Origin: Prasinococcaceae sp. CCMP 1430 | Lineage: Eukaryota; Plantae; Prasinodermophyta | Direction: 5' to 3' | DNA: 64,000 bases | NCBI GenBank assembly: GCA_013416795.1 | Contig: RQSC01000630.1 | Coordinates: forward strand, 156,832 to 220,831 | Shown here: in pieces, positions 1 to 10,182 of the stretch | Layout of the letters: each line of letters begins with the position of its first letter | How positions within the stretch are numbered: the first letter of the stretch is position 1 | Position numbers and translations under genes: made by a program | The notes under the pieces: model-generated | The model's input: the letters and a program-made list of their open reading frames with translations, nothing else | What the model was told of the DNA's origin: nothing | Database searches by the model: none

Positions 1-3000
1 GAAACGCATCAGTTCGCGGTCACGGAGCTCGCGCGTAAGGTGGTGGCCAGTGGCGGCAAACAGGCCTGCGAACCCAATGCCCTCCCGCGAGAGTGTGTCC
101 TCAAGCAACGAGAGGTGCTCCAGGAACTGCGAGAAGACGATTGACTTGTCCGAGGGGCTCAAGCGCCGCAGGTGCTTCACCAGGCGCGTGGCCTTCGTGG
201 AGCGTGTGCGCACCCAGTCGGGCCGCCAGTGGCCCTCCTGCTCGTAGGCCGGATTGAGCTCGATAAGCTCGAACGGCACGCGGTGCCGCTCGCCCGAGTA
301 CTGCGCGGCCTCCATAGCGTATGGCTCCCCGCAGCGCGCGCAGCTGCCAGCACGCGAGGCGGCGCAGCTGACGCAAAGCAGGCACGCGCAGCGCGGAATC
401 GCCACAGGCACGTTGCAGAAACGCGCGCAGCAGTCGCACTGGCCGCCGTGACGCAGTGCCGTCTCGGCAAGGGGCACGCGGGCGGCGTTGCGCTGCGGCC
501 GCACCGCCAGAAGCATGCGGCTTGCCTCTCGCAGGTGAGGCTCGTTCGGCCGCACCGGCAGGCCCCCCGCGACACAGCTCGCCAGACGTACGTTGTTCAT
601 CGCCAGGCGCTGCTGCTTGGCTTGTGACGCGTGCAGGAGGCTCTCCTGGTGCTCTTTGTCAAGCCAGTCCGCGAGCAGCAGGTTCCGTTGGATGACGTCC
701 ACCAGAGCATTATACGACCGAGCGTGTGACTGCTCGAAGTCGAGCACCTCCACCCTCAGACGGCATGGCGCAAGCGTGGGCAGGTCTTCCTTGGAGGCGC
801 GTATCATGACACGCTTCAGGCACTCGCGCAGCCTGGCCTCGCCATCCGCGCCGCCACCCTCGAGCGGCCGCTGTACGAGGTCCCGGAAGACGCGCTGCTC
901 CGCGCCGTACGCACCCTCGCGCAGGAAGGCCAGCAGCGGGTGCATGTGAGCTGCTCCCGAGCCTGTTGTCGCAGGGGTTGGAGTACCCGTCATTATCCAC
1001 CGTCGCTCCGCACGCAGCGCACATGCCATCTGCAGGCGGTTGGTGACGCCCAGGCTGGCGCCCAGCGCGTGGCCCTCATCGAGGACGACGCGCAACCAGT
1101 GCACGCATAGCATCGGTCGCGTGAGCCTGTCTGGGCGCGACCATTCGACGCTCAGCTTTTGGAAGGTGGTGAGCACCACGTCGTAGTTCCAAGCCAACTC
1201 GTGGGCGGGCAACATATCGCGCTCAGTCTCCAGCACATAGACGGCTAGCGGCGCCCTCGCGGAGCTCCCCGTGCCAAGCTCACTGCTCTGGGCATCGTTG
1301 CCGCGCACGTGGCGTCGCATCTGACGCTTCCAATGCTGGATGAGGTTGCCGGGCAGAACGACCAGCGTCGCTCCCGACAGGAAGACGCGCTTCTGGGGTA
1401 CAGCGCGCGGCACGCGGTCTGTGTTCATGCAGGCGATGCGCAGCGCCTTGAGGTCGAGCTGCGCGCCTGCGACCATCCACGAGGGCATGTACCAAACGTT
1501 GAGGGCGCTGCGCCGCATGGTTTCCTGGGCTTGTCGCGATTTGCCTTTCAGTTGCTCTCCGGAGGGGACGCGCGTCTCAAGACCCAGCGCGCGAAAAACG
1601 TCGCGGTAGCCGACTAGGTCGGACGAGTTGAACCCCGAGACGCGTAGGCCGTCACCGACGAGCGCCTGTTGTATGGCAGCCTGTCGCGCTGGGCGATTAG
1701 AGCCGAAGTTGTCCTTGACCACGTTGAGGTACATCTCCGGGGAGCGCGAGAGCACCTCTGAAAAGAAGCGATGATTGGCAGCATTGATGAGCCGCAGCGC
1801 CTCCGCCTCGGACACGCCTGGGAGCGCGATTTCCTGCTCCGCTGCCAGAACACCCGCGTCGGGATCGGTGAAGCCCGGCGCGCCTAGGCCCGTTCCGTCG
1901 CTGACCGGCATCATGCCGTCGCCTTCCGCCGCAGCGGCGTCGGCAGCTGCCTGTGCGTCCGCAGCGTCGGGCAAGAGACCCAGCGTACGCGCATGCGCAA
2001 CTGCCGACCCAGGCGGTGGCAGGAAGCCCTCAGATACATGGAAAGCCCCCTCACCCCACGCCTCTTGGGGTTCCGAGCAGCCACCCACGAGACTCGCGTC
2101 AAGGGCGCAGAACCAGGCGTCGCCGTCATTGAGCCCGTTGGCTGCCTCGGGCGAGAGCCGCCGCCACTTCTGGCAATCCTCGCACTGCACCCACGTTTGC
2201 TCGTCGAGCTCGGAGCGGGGCGAAGCTTCGGCCTCGGGCATCGTCCCTGCTACCAAATTTGTGGGCCCTCTGCTGTCGTCATCACTGGTACTACGGTCTG
2301 GTAGGTGCTCTTTCTTGGGCTTGCGTGGCTTCCCTGGGCTCACACGACTAGTCCGCGCCCGCTTCGCCGGGCGATCGGTGAGCGACGATGGCACCGAGCC
2401 ATACATCTTGTACACGGCATCGCCGCCAAGGTGCACACCGTCGCGCGCGTACGAAACTTCGGATCGCCCCGACGAGCGCGTCCGCCGCCGGCCTGTGGGC
2501 TGCGCACCGTCGCCTGGTGTCTCCGCCGCGCTGCTGCGCCCCGACAGAACTGAGGCGGTGTTATCACCGACGGAGTCCTCATCGACCTCGTAGTACCCAG
2601 CACGGCGCGCGTGCGAAGCCCGATGCGGCGGCGCTGGGTGCCACACGGGTTCGATGCCCTTGGGTGGCGAAGCCACGCGCCCCAGCGTCTTGAGGATCAG
2701 AGCGAGCGCGGTCACTGTTTTGCCGAGGCCAGGCTCGTCACAGAAGAGCCCCCCACGGCAATCGCGCACGGGCGGCGGCTTTGTCGTGCGCAGCGCAAGG
2801 CCCTTTCGCGCTCGCGGGTCGATGAAGTACGTGAGCTCGCTACCGGCGGTGGTGTGAGCGCGAATGGCCGGGTGGTGGGGCATTGGAGGGCGGTCGGCCT
2901 CGCGCGAGAGCATCCACGCCACTGCCGCCTGCTGATGTGGGAAGAGCGAGCACTTTAGCCCAGGGACGACGCCTGCGCATGCCGTGCGCGCGTGACGGCA

Positions 3001-3879
3001 CGTCGCACCGAGCGCGCGCAGTGCAGCTGGACTACAAAGAGCCATCACGCGCTCGAGCGCCTCGGGCGGTACGTCCCAGAGGCCTAACAGCCCCGCATTG
3101 ACAGCACCGGCGAGCGGCACGAAGCGCGTGCTCTCCGACGTCTGGGCGGCCTTGAGCACCTCCGAGTAGTGCGTCGGCAAAGCGCTGAAGAGGCGCTGCA
3201 GCACCTTGGAGGAGGGCGCCGCGGACGCATCACCCGGGGGGCAGTGCACCGCCGCAGCCAGCGCTAGTGGAGCGGCGGCAGCAGCGGCGTTGGCTGGCTG
3301 GCTGTCGTCCTCATCAGCTCCGCCGTCAACGCCGGCGTAGCTGTCCGCTCCACAACATGGGCGAAGCGCCGCGAGCCACGCCGAGGACGCACTCGGCCGC
3401 CAGCTGTCGGTACGCCACAGCGCACGCGGCACGCAGACGAGCGCGCGCACGTAGATACCTTCGCCCCCGACAGCGCAGAGCGCCGCGGCTTCGGCGGCCT
3501 CGCCGTCCAAGACAGCAGCGAAGATCGCCAGGCCCTCGCGCCGCGCGTCCTTGTAAAGCGCATCGAGCGCGGCTGTGCATGCGCGCGTCGCGCACCACAG
3601 CTGCGCACCGCCGGAAGCGATGACATCGGCGTCCATCGCGCCTTCTTCGCCCCCGTCACCGCGCAGGCGGCCACTCGCGCGCGGGAAGAGGTCCACCGCC
3701 TCGCCCACCCCCAGACTTGCGCCGCCCGCGACGGGAGCGCCAGCGCTTGTGTCGTGGCCATTGCCTCTCACGTCGAATGGCCCAAGCGCGACATCGCCGA
3801 CGGCTACGTGGGTTGCCGCCAGACGCTCGTCCGCTGCGTGCGCCGCCAGCAGCGCGTCGTACCCAGTCGCCGGTGTCAT
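1..3879 (-). CDS. F-box + CW-type zinc finger + SNF2 ATPase/helicase + RING-like protein (At3g54460-like); 3' end runs off the window
   Basis: Absent from the ORF track because no stop lies in the window. Manual translation of one minus frame from ATG 3879 gives F-box GLWDVPPEALERVMALCSPAALRALGATCR, LFPHQQAAVAWML, Walker A GGLFCDEPGLGKT, CW finger WVQCEDCQKWR, YDVVLTTF, Walker B WLRVVLDEGH, Cys cluster CDCC..C..P...RCACLLCVSC..C..C and helicase-C IVFSQF. Confidence 0.9.
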   Translation of the reverse strand, partial: MTPATGYDALLAAHAADERLAATHVAVGDVALGPFDVRGNGHDTSAGAPVAGGASLGVGEAVDLFPRASGRLRGDGGEEGAMDADVIASGGAQLWCATRACTAALDALYKDARREGLAIFAAVLDGEAAEAAALCAVGGEGIYVRALVCVPRALWRTDSWRPSASSAWLAALRPCCGADSYAGVDGGADEDDSQPANAAAAAAPLALAAAVHCPPGDASAAPSSKVLQRLFSALPTHYSEVLKAAQTSESTRFVPLAGAVNAGLLGLWDVPPEALERVMALCSPAALRALGATCRHARTACAGVVPGLKCSLFPHQQAAVAWMLSREADRPPMPHHPAIRAHTTAGSELTYFIDPRARKGLALRTTKPPPVRDCRGGLFCDEPGLGKTVTALALILKTLGRVASPPKGIEPVWHPAPPHRASHARRAGYYEVDEDSVGDNTASVLSGRSSAAETPGDGAQPTGRRRTRSSGRSEVSYARDGVHLGGDAVYKMYGSVPSSLTDRPAKRARTSRVSPGKPRKPKKEHLPDRSTSDDDSRGPTNLVAGTMPEAEASPRSELDEQTWVQCEDCQKWRRLSPEAANGLNDGDAWFCALDASLVGGCSEPQEAWGEGAFHVSEGFLPPPGSAVAHARTLGLLPDAADAQAAADAAAAEGDGMMPVSDGTGLGAPGFTDPDAGVLAAEQEIALPGVSEAEALRLINAANHRFFSEVLSRSPEMYLNVVKDNFGSNRPARQAAIQQALVGDGLRVSGFNSSDLVGYRDVFRALGLETRVPSGEQLKGKSRQAQETMRRSALNVWYMPSWMVAGAQLDLKALRIACMNTDRVPRAVPQKRVFLSGATLVVLPGNLIQHWKRQMRRHVRGNDAQSSELGTGSSARAPLAVYVLETERDMLPAHELAWNYDVVLTTFQKLSVEWSRPDRLTRPMLCVHWLRVVLDEGHALGASLGVTNRLQMACALRAERRWIMTGTPTPATTGSGAAHMHPLLAFLREGAYGAEQRVFRDLVQRPLEGGGADGEARLRECLKRVMIRASKEDLPTLAPCRLRVEVLDFEQSHARSYNALVDVIQRNLLLADWLDKEHQESLLHASQAKQQRLAMNNVRLASCVAGGLPVRPNEPHLREASRMLLAVRPQRNAARVPLAETALRHGGQCDCCARFCNVPVAIPRCACLLCVSCAASRAGSCARCGEPYAMEAAQYSGERHRVPFELIELNPAYEQEGHWRPDWVRTRSTKATRLVKHLRRLSPSDKSIVFSQFLEHLSLLEDTLSREGIGFAGLFAATGHHLTRELRDRELMRF

Positions 3880-4248
3880 CCGCCGGTTTGCGAGCTCGCC
3901 GCGCGCGCCGCGCGCGGCGCGCACGCTCGCGGGCGCCACGCAGAGAGCGCCCCAGACCTCACCGCCAGGATGTGGGCGGATTCTAAGGAGCCGCACGAGG
4001 CGGAATCCGACCCTCGCCGCGGGGCTCAAGCTTGCCCCCCCCCGCTCACCCCACCCGCGCTGCCCGCACGCTATGCCGCGCCCGGCTGGCGCGCGTTGCG
4101 GCCGCCCCTCCACACCATACCAGCTGATGGTGCAGTGAAAGCGTCGTTTCCACGAGACATGTACGGACTGAATGTTTATCGCACTCATGACGTGCGCGCA
4201 AGCAATCGGCGGCACGAGCGCGGCACGGGCGCGGCGCGCAGGCGACGG

Positions 4249-5154
4249 CTAGGCCTGCGGTACAGCTGCGAGATCCGGCAGTCCGAGCTCACCCGCGGCG
4301 AGCGCGCCGAGGCTCTTGAAGTGCAGCCGCAGGAGCGCGCGCAGGTCCGAGCGCACGCCCGCCGGCACGCGACCGCCGCGCGCCACCAGCACCTCGCGCA
4401 GGAACGCGGCAAGCGCCGCCGCCTGCACGCCGCCGTCGAGCTTGGACTCGGCCTGGAGGGAGGCGAGGTCCACTTGGAAGGGATTGAATTCAGCGCCCGC
4501 GCTGTCACCGCCCTCGCATTCTAGCATGACGATCTCCTCGACGATGTCCCACACGTGCGAGGAGCCCTCAACCCAGTTCGCTGTCGAAGCGAGGTCAAGC
4601 GGCAAGTCCTGCTCGAGGTCGCCGCCGCCGTCGGCCCCCTGATGCGCGGCGCAAGGATCCGGCGCGTGGGCATGCACATCGGCGACACGGCGCGGCAAGG
4701 TACCGCAGGATGCGAGCGCGTCGGGCCGCGACTGTCAGCTCGATCACACCGACACTGGCTCAGCTCGCCTTTGCAGGCGCGCGGAGCCGCCCTGCTCCGC
4801 GCCTGCGTCCTAGGCGCGAGCGCTGGCACTCACCTGCTTGCCACCCGCGCCCGTGTCGTCGCGCGGCCATACGTACGGCCAGTTGTACCGCTGGTAGCAC
4901 CCAACCAGGTACGTGCGCCCCGCACGGCCGCGCGCCGCCCGCACGCTGATGACGAGCTCCTCGCGCCCTCGCAGGTACAGCGATGCGTGCCGCAAGTGTC
5001 GGAGGCAGCCCATGCGCAGGCACTCCTTGTAAAAGTCCTCCAGCGGCCTGCCGTCGTTTCCCGGGCTCATCGCCGTCGTTCCCCGCCGCCCCTGCTGGAC
5101 CCCCTGCCCCTGCTGCGGCTGCTGCCGCCGCTGCCGCTGCTGCGCGGCCGCCAT
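4249..5154 (-). CDS. Conserved hypothetical protein, 2 exons (5154 or 5070 to 4834; 4638 to 4249)
   Basis: Canonical CAG|GTGAGT donor at 4833 and CAG acceptor at 4639 join ..CLRMGCLRHLRHASLYLRGREEL..YLVGCYQRYNWPYVW.. in phase to ..DLPLDLASTANW..VWDIVEEIV..NPFQVD..; globular composition. Confidence 0.7.
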
Positions 5155-5721
5155 CGCCGCGCCGCCGCCGACGCCGTGTGCCGCGCCGCGCCCCCGCCCG
5201 CCGGCGCGAACCCGGCCCGCCCATCCCCATTCCGATTCCGATGCTCCGGGTCGGCTCCCCCTCAAGCCCCGAACGCGCGTACGCGAGCCTCGATGCAAAC
5301 CCGCCTTCGACCGTTTCTCCTCTCCCTCCATCCTCAACAAGGACAGAGGGGGAAAACCATGTGTGCGTTTCCAGACGCTGACGTACGTCAAAAAACAAGG
5401 TGTGATGATGGGTTGTACTTTGATGGTGCTGTAATACCCAAAAACGGCTGCTCGACAGAGCCTCAACCCCGCGGGCGCTCTACCAGCCGGCGCGCCCGGC
5501 TGCGCGCGAGCTCTGCGCGCGCGCGCCGGGCCGGCGCAGCACACACTGCGGACGCGCGGGCAGGCAGCGGGCGGGCGGGCGGGCGGAGGCGGGTGGGCTC
5601 TGGTCGAGCAGGCATTTAAAAACTTGGCCGCCAACAGCCACGCAGCCCGGCGCGAGCGCCGGCGCACCGGCCGCGGCCCAAGCGGGGGAGGCGGCTGGGC
5701 GTAGCTCACAGCACGGCAGCG

Positions 5722-7493
5722 ATGCGCAGTGCAAGCGCTCGGCGAGCACAGCCGCCCGGCGAGGAAGCGGAAGACGAGATCATGCTGCTGCGCGCTGGCG
5801 GCGCGGCTGGTGCCGATGTGGGCCGCGCATCCGGCTCGGGCGCGCGCGGCGCGCAGGCTGCGAGGGACGTCGGAGGCGGAATGGGCGCGCACGGTACCAG
5901 CGGGGCTGACGGTGGGTTCATCGTTGGGACGTGCAAAGAAATGGGATGCCTCTCGCCGACCTTCGGCCTTATTCTCCTGTACTGTGAGTAGCGTGCGATG
6001 AGCGAAGGGTCGCAGCAGCCGCATCGCGCTGTTCGCGCATCGCGCGCGCGCTCGACGCGCAACGCTCGCCGACACGCGTGCTGCCGCCTGACATTGCGCC
6101 CGTCCCTCCCGCGAGTAGATGCACTCTCGATCACCCTGAGCATTTTCAACAAGGAGATGGTCGGCCAGAAGTTCCAAGACTTCCCCGCGCCGGTACGTAC
6201 GTCCGCTGCTTCCTGCATCCAGCTCGGCGGATCTCACTCGCGATGGCCGCTGCAAAGTAGCTACTTAGGCTGAGTGTCAATGTGGCCGTGCCGTTAGCTG
6301 ACCGTTGAGTGCACGCTCACGCTCGCAACACAGCTCCTCATGGTCAGCGTGCAGTTCCTTTTCCAAATAGCGCTGTGCGCCCTGGCGGCGAAGTTGCGTC
6401 CTGACCTCAATCTGTCATCTCGGGCGCTCGCCTGGGATGTCTGGGCGCAGACGACGGGCTCGCTTGGTTTGCTCACGGGACTAGACATCGGCGTCAGCAA
6501 CGTCGCCCTGCGCACCATATCGCTCTCGAGCTACACCATTATCAAGGTACGCACTAGCCTGGTTGGCGTGCGCTAGCTACGCTGCCGGCGTCCCCGTGCA
6601 GCTCTGCCGTTGACCCCTCGTGCCCTCGGCGTCGTTCGCCACACACACGACCGCCCATGCCAACCAAGGCCGCCTCGCCTCTCGGAATCGCCCTCGCGAG
6701 CTTCGCGATGGGTGTGGAGAAGCTGCGGTGCGAAACGCTTCTCGTCGTGGGTGCGATATGCGCGGGCGTCGCGCTGGTGATGGTCGGCGTCAAAGAGAAC
6801 AGCGAGGAAAATGACTTTCCTGTGACTGGCATGGTTCTGGCGGTGGTCGCGATGGCGCTCTCCGGCGTGCGGTGGACGCTCACGCAAGTGATGCTCCACA
6901 AAGAGGAGCTCGGTCTCAGCCACCCCATCGCGCTACTCAACGCGTTGCTGCCTTCGATGACGGCGACCGTTTTTGTGCTCTCGCTTGGGACCGAGAGCTA
7001 TGCCGCGCTCGAGACGAACTTGCTTTTTGATCTGCTCTTTGCGGCCGCGTTGCTATTGTCGGCGTTCATTGCGCTTGCTATGACGTCTACAGAGTTTGCG
7101 CTGGTCGCCACGACCAGTGCGATCTCGCTTGGCATCGTGGGCGTGTGCAAGGAGGTGCTCTTGATCGTGGCCGCTGTCATCCTCCTGGGCGACCCGTTCG
7201 GCCTGCTCAATATGGTTGGCCTGTCCCTGGTGGTCAGTGGCGTCTTCCTGTACAAGAACGAGATGATGCTACGCGCGCAGGGCCAGCCTCGGGCGAGCCG
7301 GTCCATCAACGGGCGCGAGCCCGCGCGCGAGGGGCATCCGCCGGACCCGAAGGACGGCGGTGCAACGAGACTACCGCTTCACATCACCATTGACGAGCCC
7401 GCCACGCAGCTGAGAGGCATTGTCAATCCCTCCGAGGTCTTCTCCCTCAGCGAAGCCCTCGACGCAGAGCTGGATGCGGCAGGTGCGAGCTAG
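5722..7493 (+). CDS. Nucleotide-sugar/triose-phosphate transporter family (SLC35C2-like), 4 exons (5722-5983, 6119-6192, 6334-6546, 6669-7493)
   Basis: Spliced product has multiple TM helices and motifs LSITLSIFNK, FPAPL, GLDIGVSNVAL..ISLSSYTIIK, SGVRWTLTQ, EFALVATTSAISLGIVGVCKE; GT-AG introns in phase. Confidence 0.85.
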
Positions 7494-7744
7494 AGCTGGG
7501 TGTCAACGAAGCCGCGTATCAAGCGCTGCCACTGAGACAGGATTGCGTGCGTGTGGTGTAATATCACATATCTCTACAGCTTACAACAAGGAGCGCGCCT
7601 TTCTGCACGCGTACAGTAGTAGGGGCGCGTACTATACACGCGGAGTCTGAGTGTGCGCCGTTGGCTGGCAGAGCCACCCCCGCATAGTAAATTGCTTGTC
7701 CAAGGCCGTGAGCTTGAGTCGCATCCCGAGGGCACTTGCATCGA

Positions 7745-9496
7745 TCACGCAAAGTCGCTAGGACCGAAGCGGGCAAACGGGTTCCCTCGCGAACCCCCTC
7801 CGAGAGAGCCACCACCACGCCCGCGGCCGCCACCTCGACCTCGTCCCTGACCGAGAAAGCCTGGGCCACCCCTGCCAAGGCCAGGCCCAATGCCCCCGCC
7901 GAGGCCCGGCGCGCCACCGCCGCCGAGGCCACCCCTGCCGCCTCCAAATGGGTCCTCAGGGAAACCGGGGATACCGCCCATGCCGCCATTGTACGGGTTC
8001 AGCTCATGCGGGAACTCCGGAAACTGCGTACCGACGCCATCACCGAGGTCAATCCCAGGCACGCCAGTAGGCAGGCGGTCGTAGTCACCGCCGATGACGA
8101 GATTCTGTGGCACGCCGGGTGGGTGCGCCGGCCCTCCGGGCATCGGGCCAGGGTACGGTATCGTCGGCAACGGCTGCCTCGCCCTGGCGGCATCGGCGCG
8201 CTCTCGTTCCCTCGCGCGGCGCGATGCGTTGCGCAGCCTGGACTCGCGGGCGTATGCGAGGCGCCAACGGCCCGGGCCAACAGGCCGCGCGGGGTCCTGG
8301 CCGAAGTCGCGACGGTACAGCGCCGCCCAAAGCTTGTCGTCCGACGCCGCGTTCCGAAGCTCGCGGCAAGTGCCCGACAGCATCACGAGCTCTCGTGCGC
8401 TGAGCGAGCTGAACAACACAATTTGGAGAGACCGGTCGAACGTTGTCAGACTCGCAAGCGGCGCCAGCCCAAGTGCTGCGCGCGCATCGTACAGGAGTGG
8501 CTGCACCAGCTCGTCACAAAGCGTCCGCCACAGGGCGCGAGGTCCGAGAAGCCTTCCGTCGTCCGCGGCGACATGCTCGCGTGAGCTAAGACATACTCGC
8601 CGGACGAGTGCACCTCCACCATCCCGTTCAGGATCGGGACTGTCAACAGCGCCGTACACGACCAGCCACCCATCCAGCGCGTCCGCGGTGATAGTTGCGT
8701 TGACGGCTGCGTCCTGCCCTTCTTGAGAATACGTATAGCGCATCACACGCGAAGTCGGAATCGACGGAGCGAACCTCTCGTCGTCCACCGCAGTGAAGCC
8801 CCGCTGCGCGAAGCCCGCGCCGAGCACAGCAAGGAGGACGTCCGTGCCATCCGCAGCACGCTGCGCCTCGGAGCCAAGTCCCGCAGCTGCAGACGAAGCC
8901 GCAGCCGCAGCCTCACACAGCGCCACTGCCTCCGGGTCGCACGCGCGCGACAGGCCACCTGGCTCTGGCTCAGAAGGCGGGGATGCTGGCATGGCAGGCG
9001 TAGCAGCATCCGACACATCGGCCATTGGTGTGTCAAGAGCGCACCCGGACGAGCCGGCTGCGCACGGTGGGGCGCCCGCGCTCCCGGCAGGCCGAGCGTC
9101 TGCTCCCGGACTTGTTTGGTTGGGTGCGCCGCCCTGGGCGGCCTGCCCTTCCGCAGCCCTGTTCGCAGCGGCGCGCGCGCAGCGCTCGCGGCGCTCACGC
9201 TCGGACACATCGGCCCGTGGGGTCGCGGCGCTGGGAGGCTCAGCGCGGCCGCTTCCCCCGCCGTCACCGCCCTGCGTCGCCCCCGCTGGCTCCAGCACTC
9301 TCACGAGGTCGCCATTCGCTACACCCTCAAGGCTCAAAATCTCGTCCCTCCCATTCAACGACAGCCTGGGCGGCGGCTGCCCCGCGGGGAGGAGCGCAGC
9401 CACGCTCGTTCGCAGGGCCTCTATGTCCCCGCTCGCATCCAGCTTGACGCTCTTCGCCCAGCCCGGCAGCCGCACGCGCACACGCCTCGCTGCCAT
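7745..9496 (-). CDS. FBXO7/SKIP22-like F-box protein (Ubl domain, FP/PI31-like domain, F-box, Pro/Gly-rich tail)
   Basis: Ubl-like N-terminus VRVRLPG..LSLNGRDEILSLEGVANGDLV; F-box LTTFDRSLQIVLFSSLSARELVMLSGTCRELRNAASDDKLW; C-terminal VIGGDYDRLP motif. ATG at 9496. Confidence 0.8.
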   Translation of the reverse strand: MAARRVRVRLPGWAKSVKLDASGDIEALRTSVAALLPAGQPPPRLSLNGRDEILSLEGVANGDLVRVLEPAGATQGGDGGGSGRAEPPSAATPRADVSERERRERCARAAANRAAEGQAAQGGAPNQTSPGADARPAGSAGAPPCAAGSSGCALDTPMADVSDAATPAMPASPPSEPEPGGLSRACDPEAVALCEAAAAASSAAAGLGSEAQRAADGTDVLLAVLGAGFAQRGFTAVDDERFAPSIPTSRVMRYTYSQEGQDAAVNATITADALDGWLVVYGAVDSPDPERDGGGALVRRVCLSSREHVAADDGRLLGPRALWRTLCDELVQPLLYDARAALGLAPLASLTTFDRSLQIVLFSSLSARELVMLSGTCRELRNAASDDKLWAALYRRDFGQDPARPVGPGRWRLAYARESRLRNASRRARERERADAARARQPLPTIPYPGPMPGGPAHPPGVPQNLVIGGDYDRLPTGVPGIDLGDGVGTQFPEFPHELNPYNGGMGGIPGFPEDPFGGGRGGLGGGGAPGLGGGIGPGLGRGGPGFLGQGRGRGGGRGRGGGSLGGGSRGNPFARFGPSDFA

Positions 9497-10182
9497 CGAC
9501 CGCAGCACTGGTCGACAAAAAAAAGAGCGCGCTCCCGCCCGCCCGCCTGCGTGCCCACTCCTTCCTCCCCACCCGCGCGCAGACCGAGGCGGAAGGGGGG
9601 AAAGGGGTGGGTGGGGGGGCTTACCAGCCGCGAGAGCGGGAAGGCCGCGGAGTGCGCGGGGCGGACCCACCGGGTCGAGCGTCCCCGCCGTGCCCCGCCG
9701 CGCCCCCGCCCGCCCTGTGGCGCGCGCGGGGGGCGCCCGACCGCCTCTGCGCTGCTCCGCCAAATCGCGCCAGCGTGCGCCCTCAAAAAAGCAAAGGGTG
9801 CTGTGTTGTCCCAACGCAGGTCGAAATGCATTCGAAGCGCATCTGCGCTCGTTCGCGACACGTTCCCCCGTGGTGCGCGCGGTAAAACCATTTTTCCTTT
9901 TATGTTTAAGTCAACTTTTAACAAAAACGACAGAATTAAAGTATAAAGAATTCGTTTTTTTAGGTTTAATTACCCTTGGTACATTTTTAGGGATTTTTTT
10001 ACAACCTGATTTTGCAACGCGCACGGGCGCTCGCGGCCGCGGCGACACTCCGCAGCGCGCGCCGCTGCGCCGCTCTCCGCAGCGTGCGTCAACATTGAGT
10101 CGAGTCATCGACACAGCGTGGTGTTGTTAAGCCGCACGCAACCATTCTATGTGTGCGGGCTTGTCTCGAGCGCGAATGCTCG

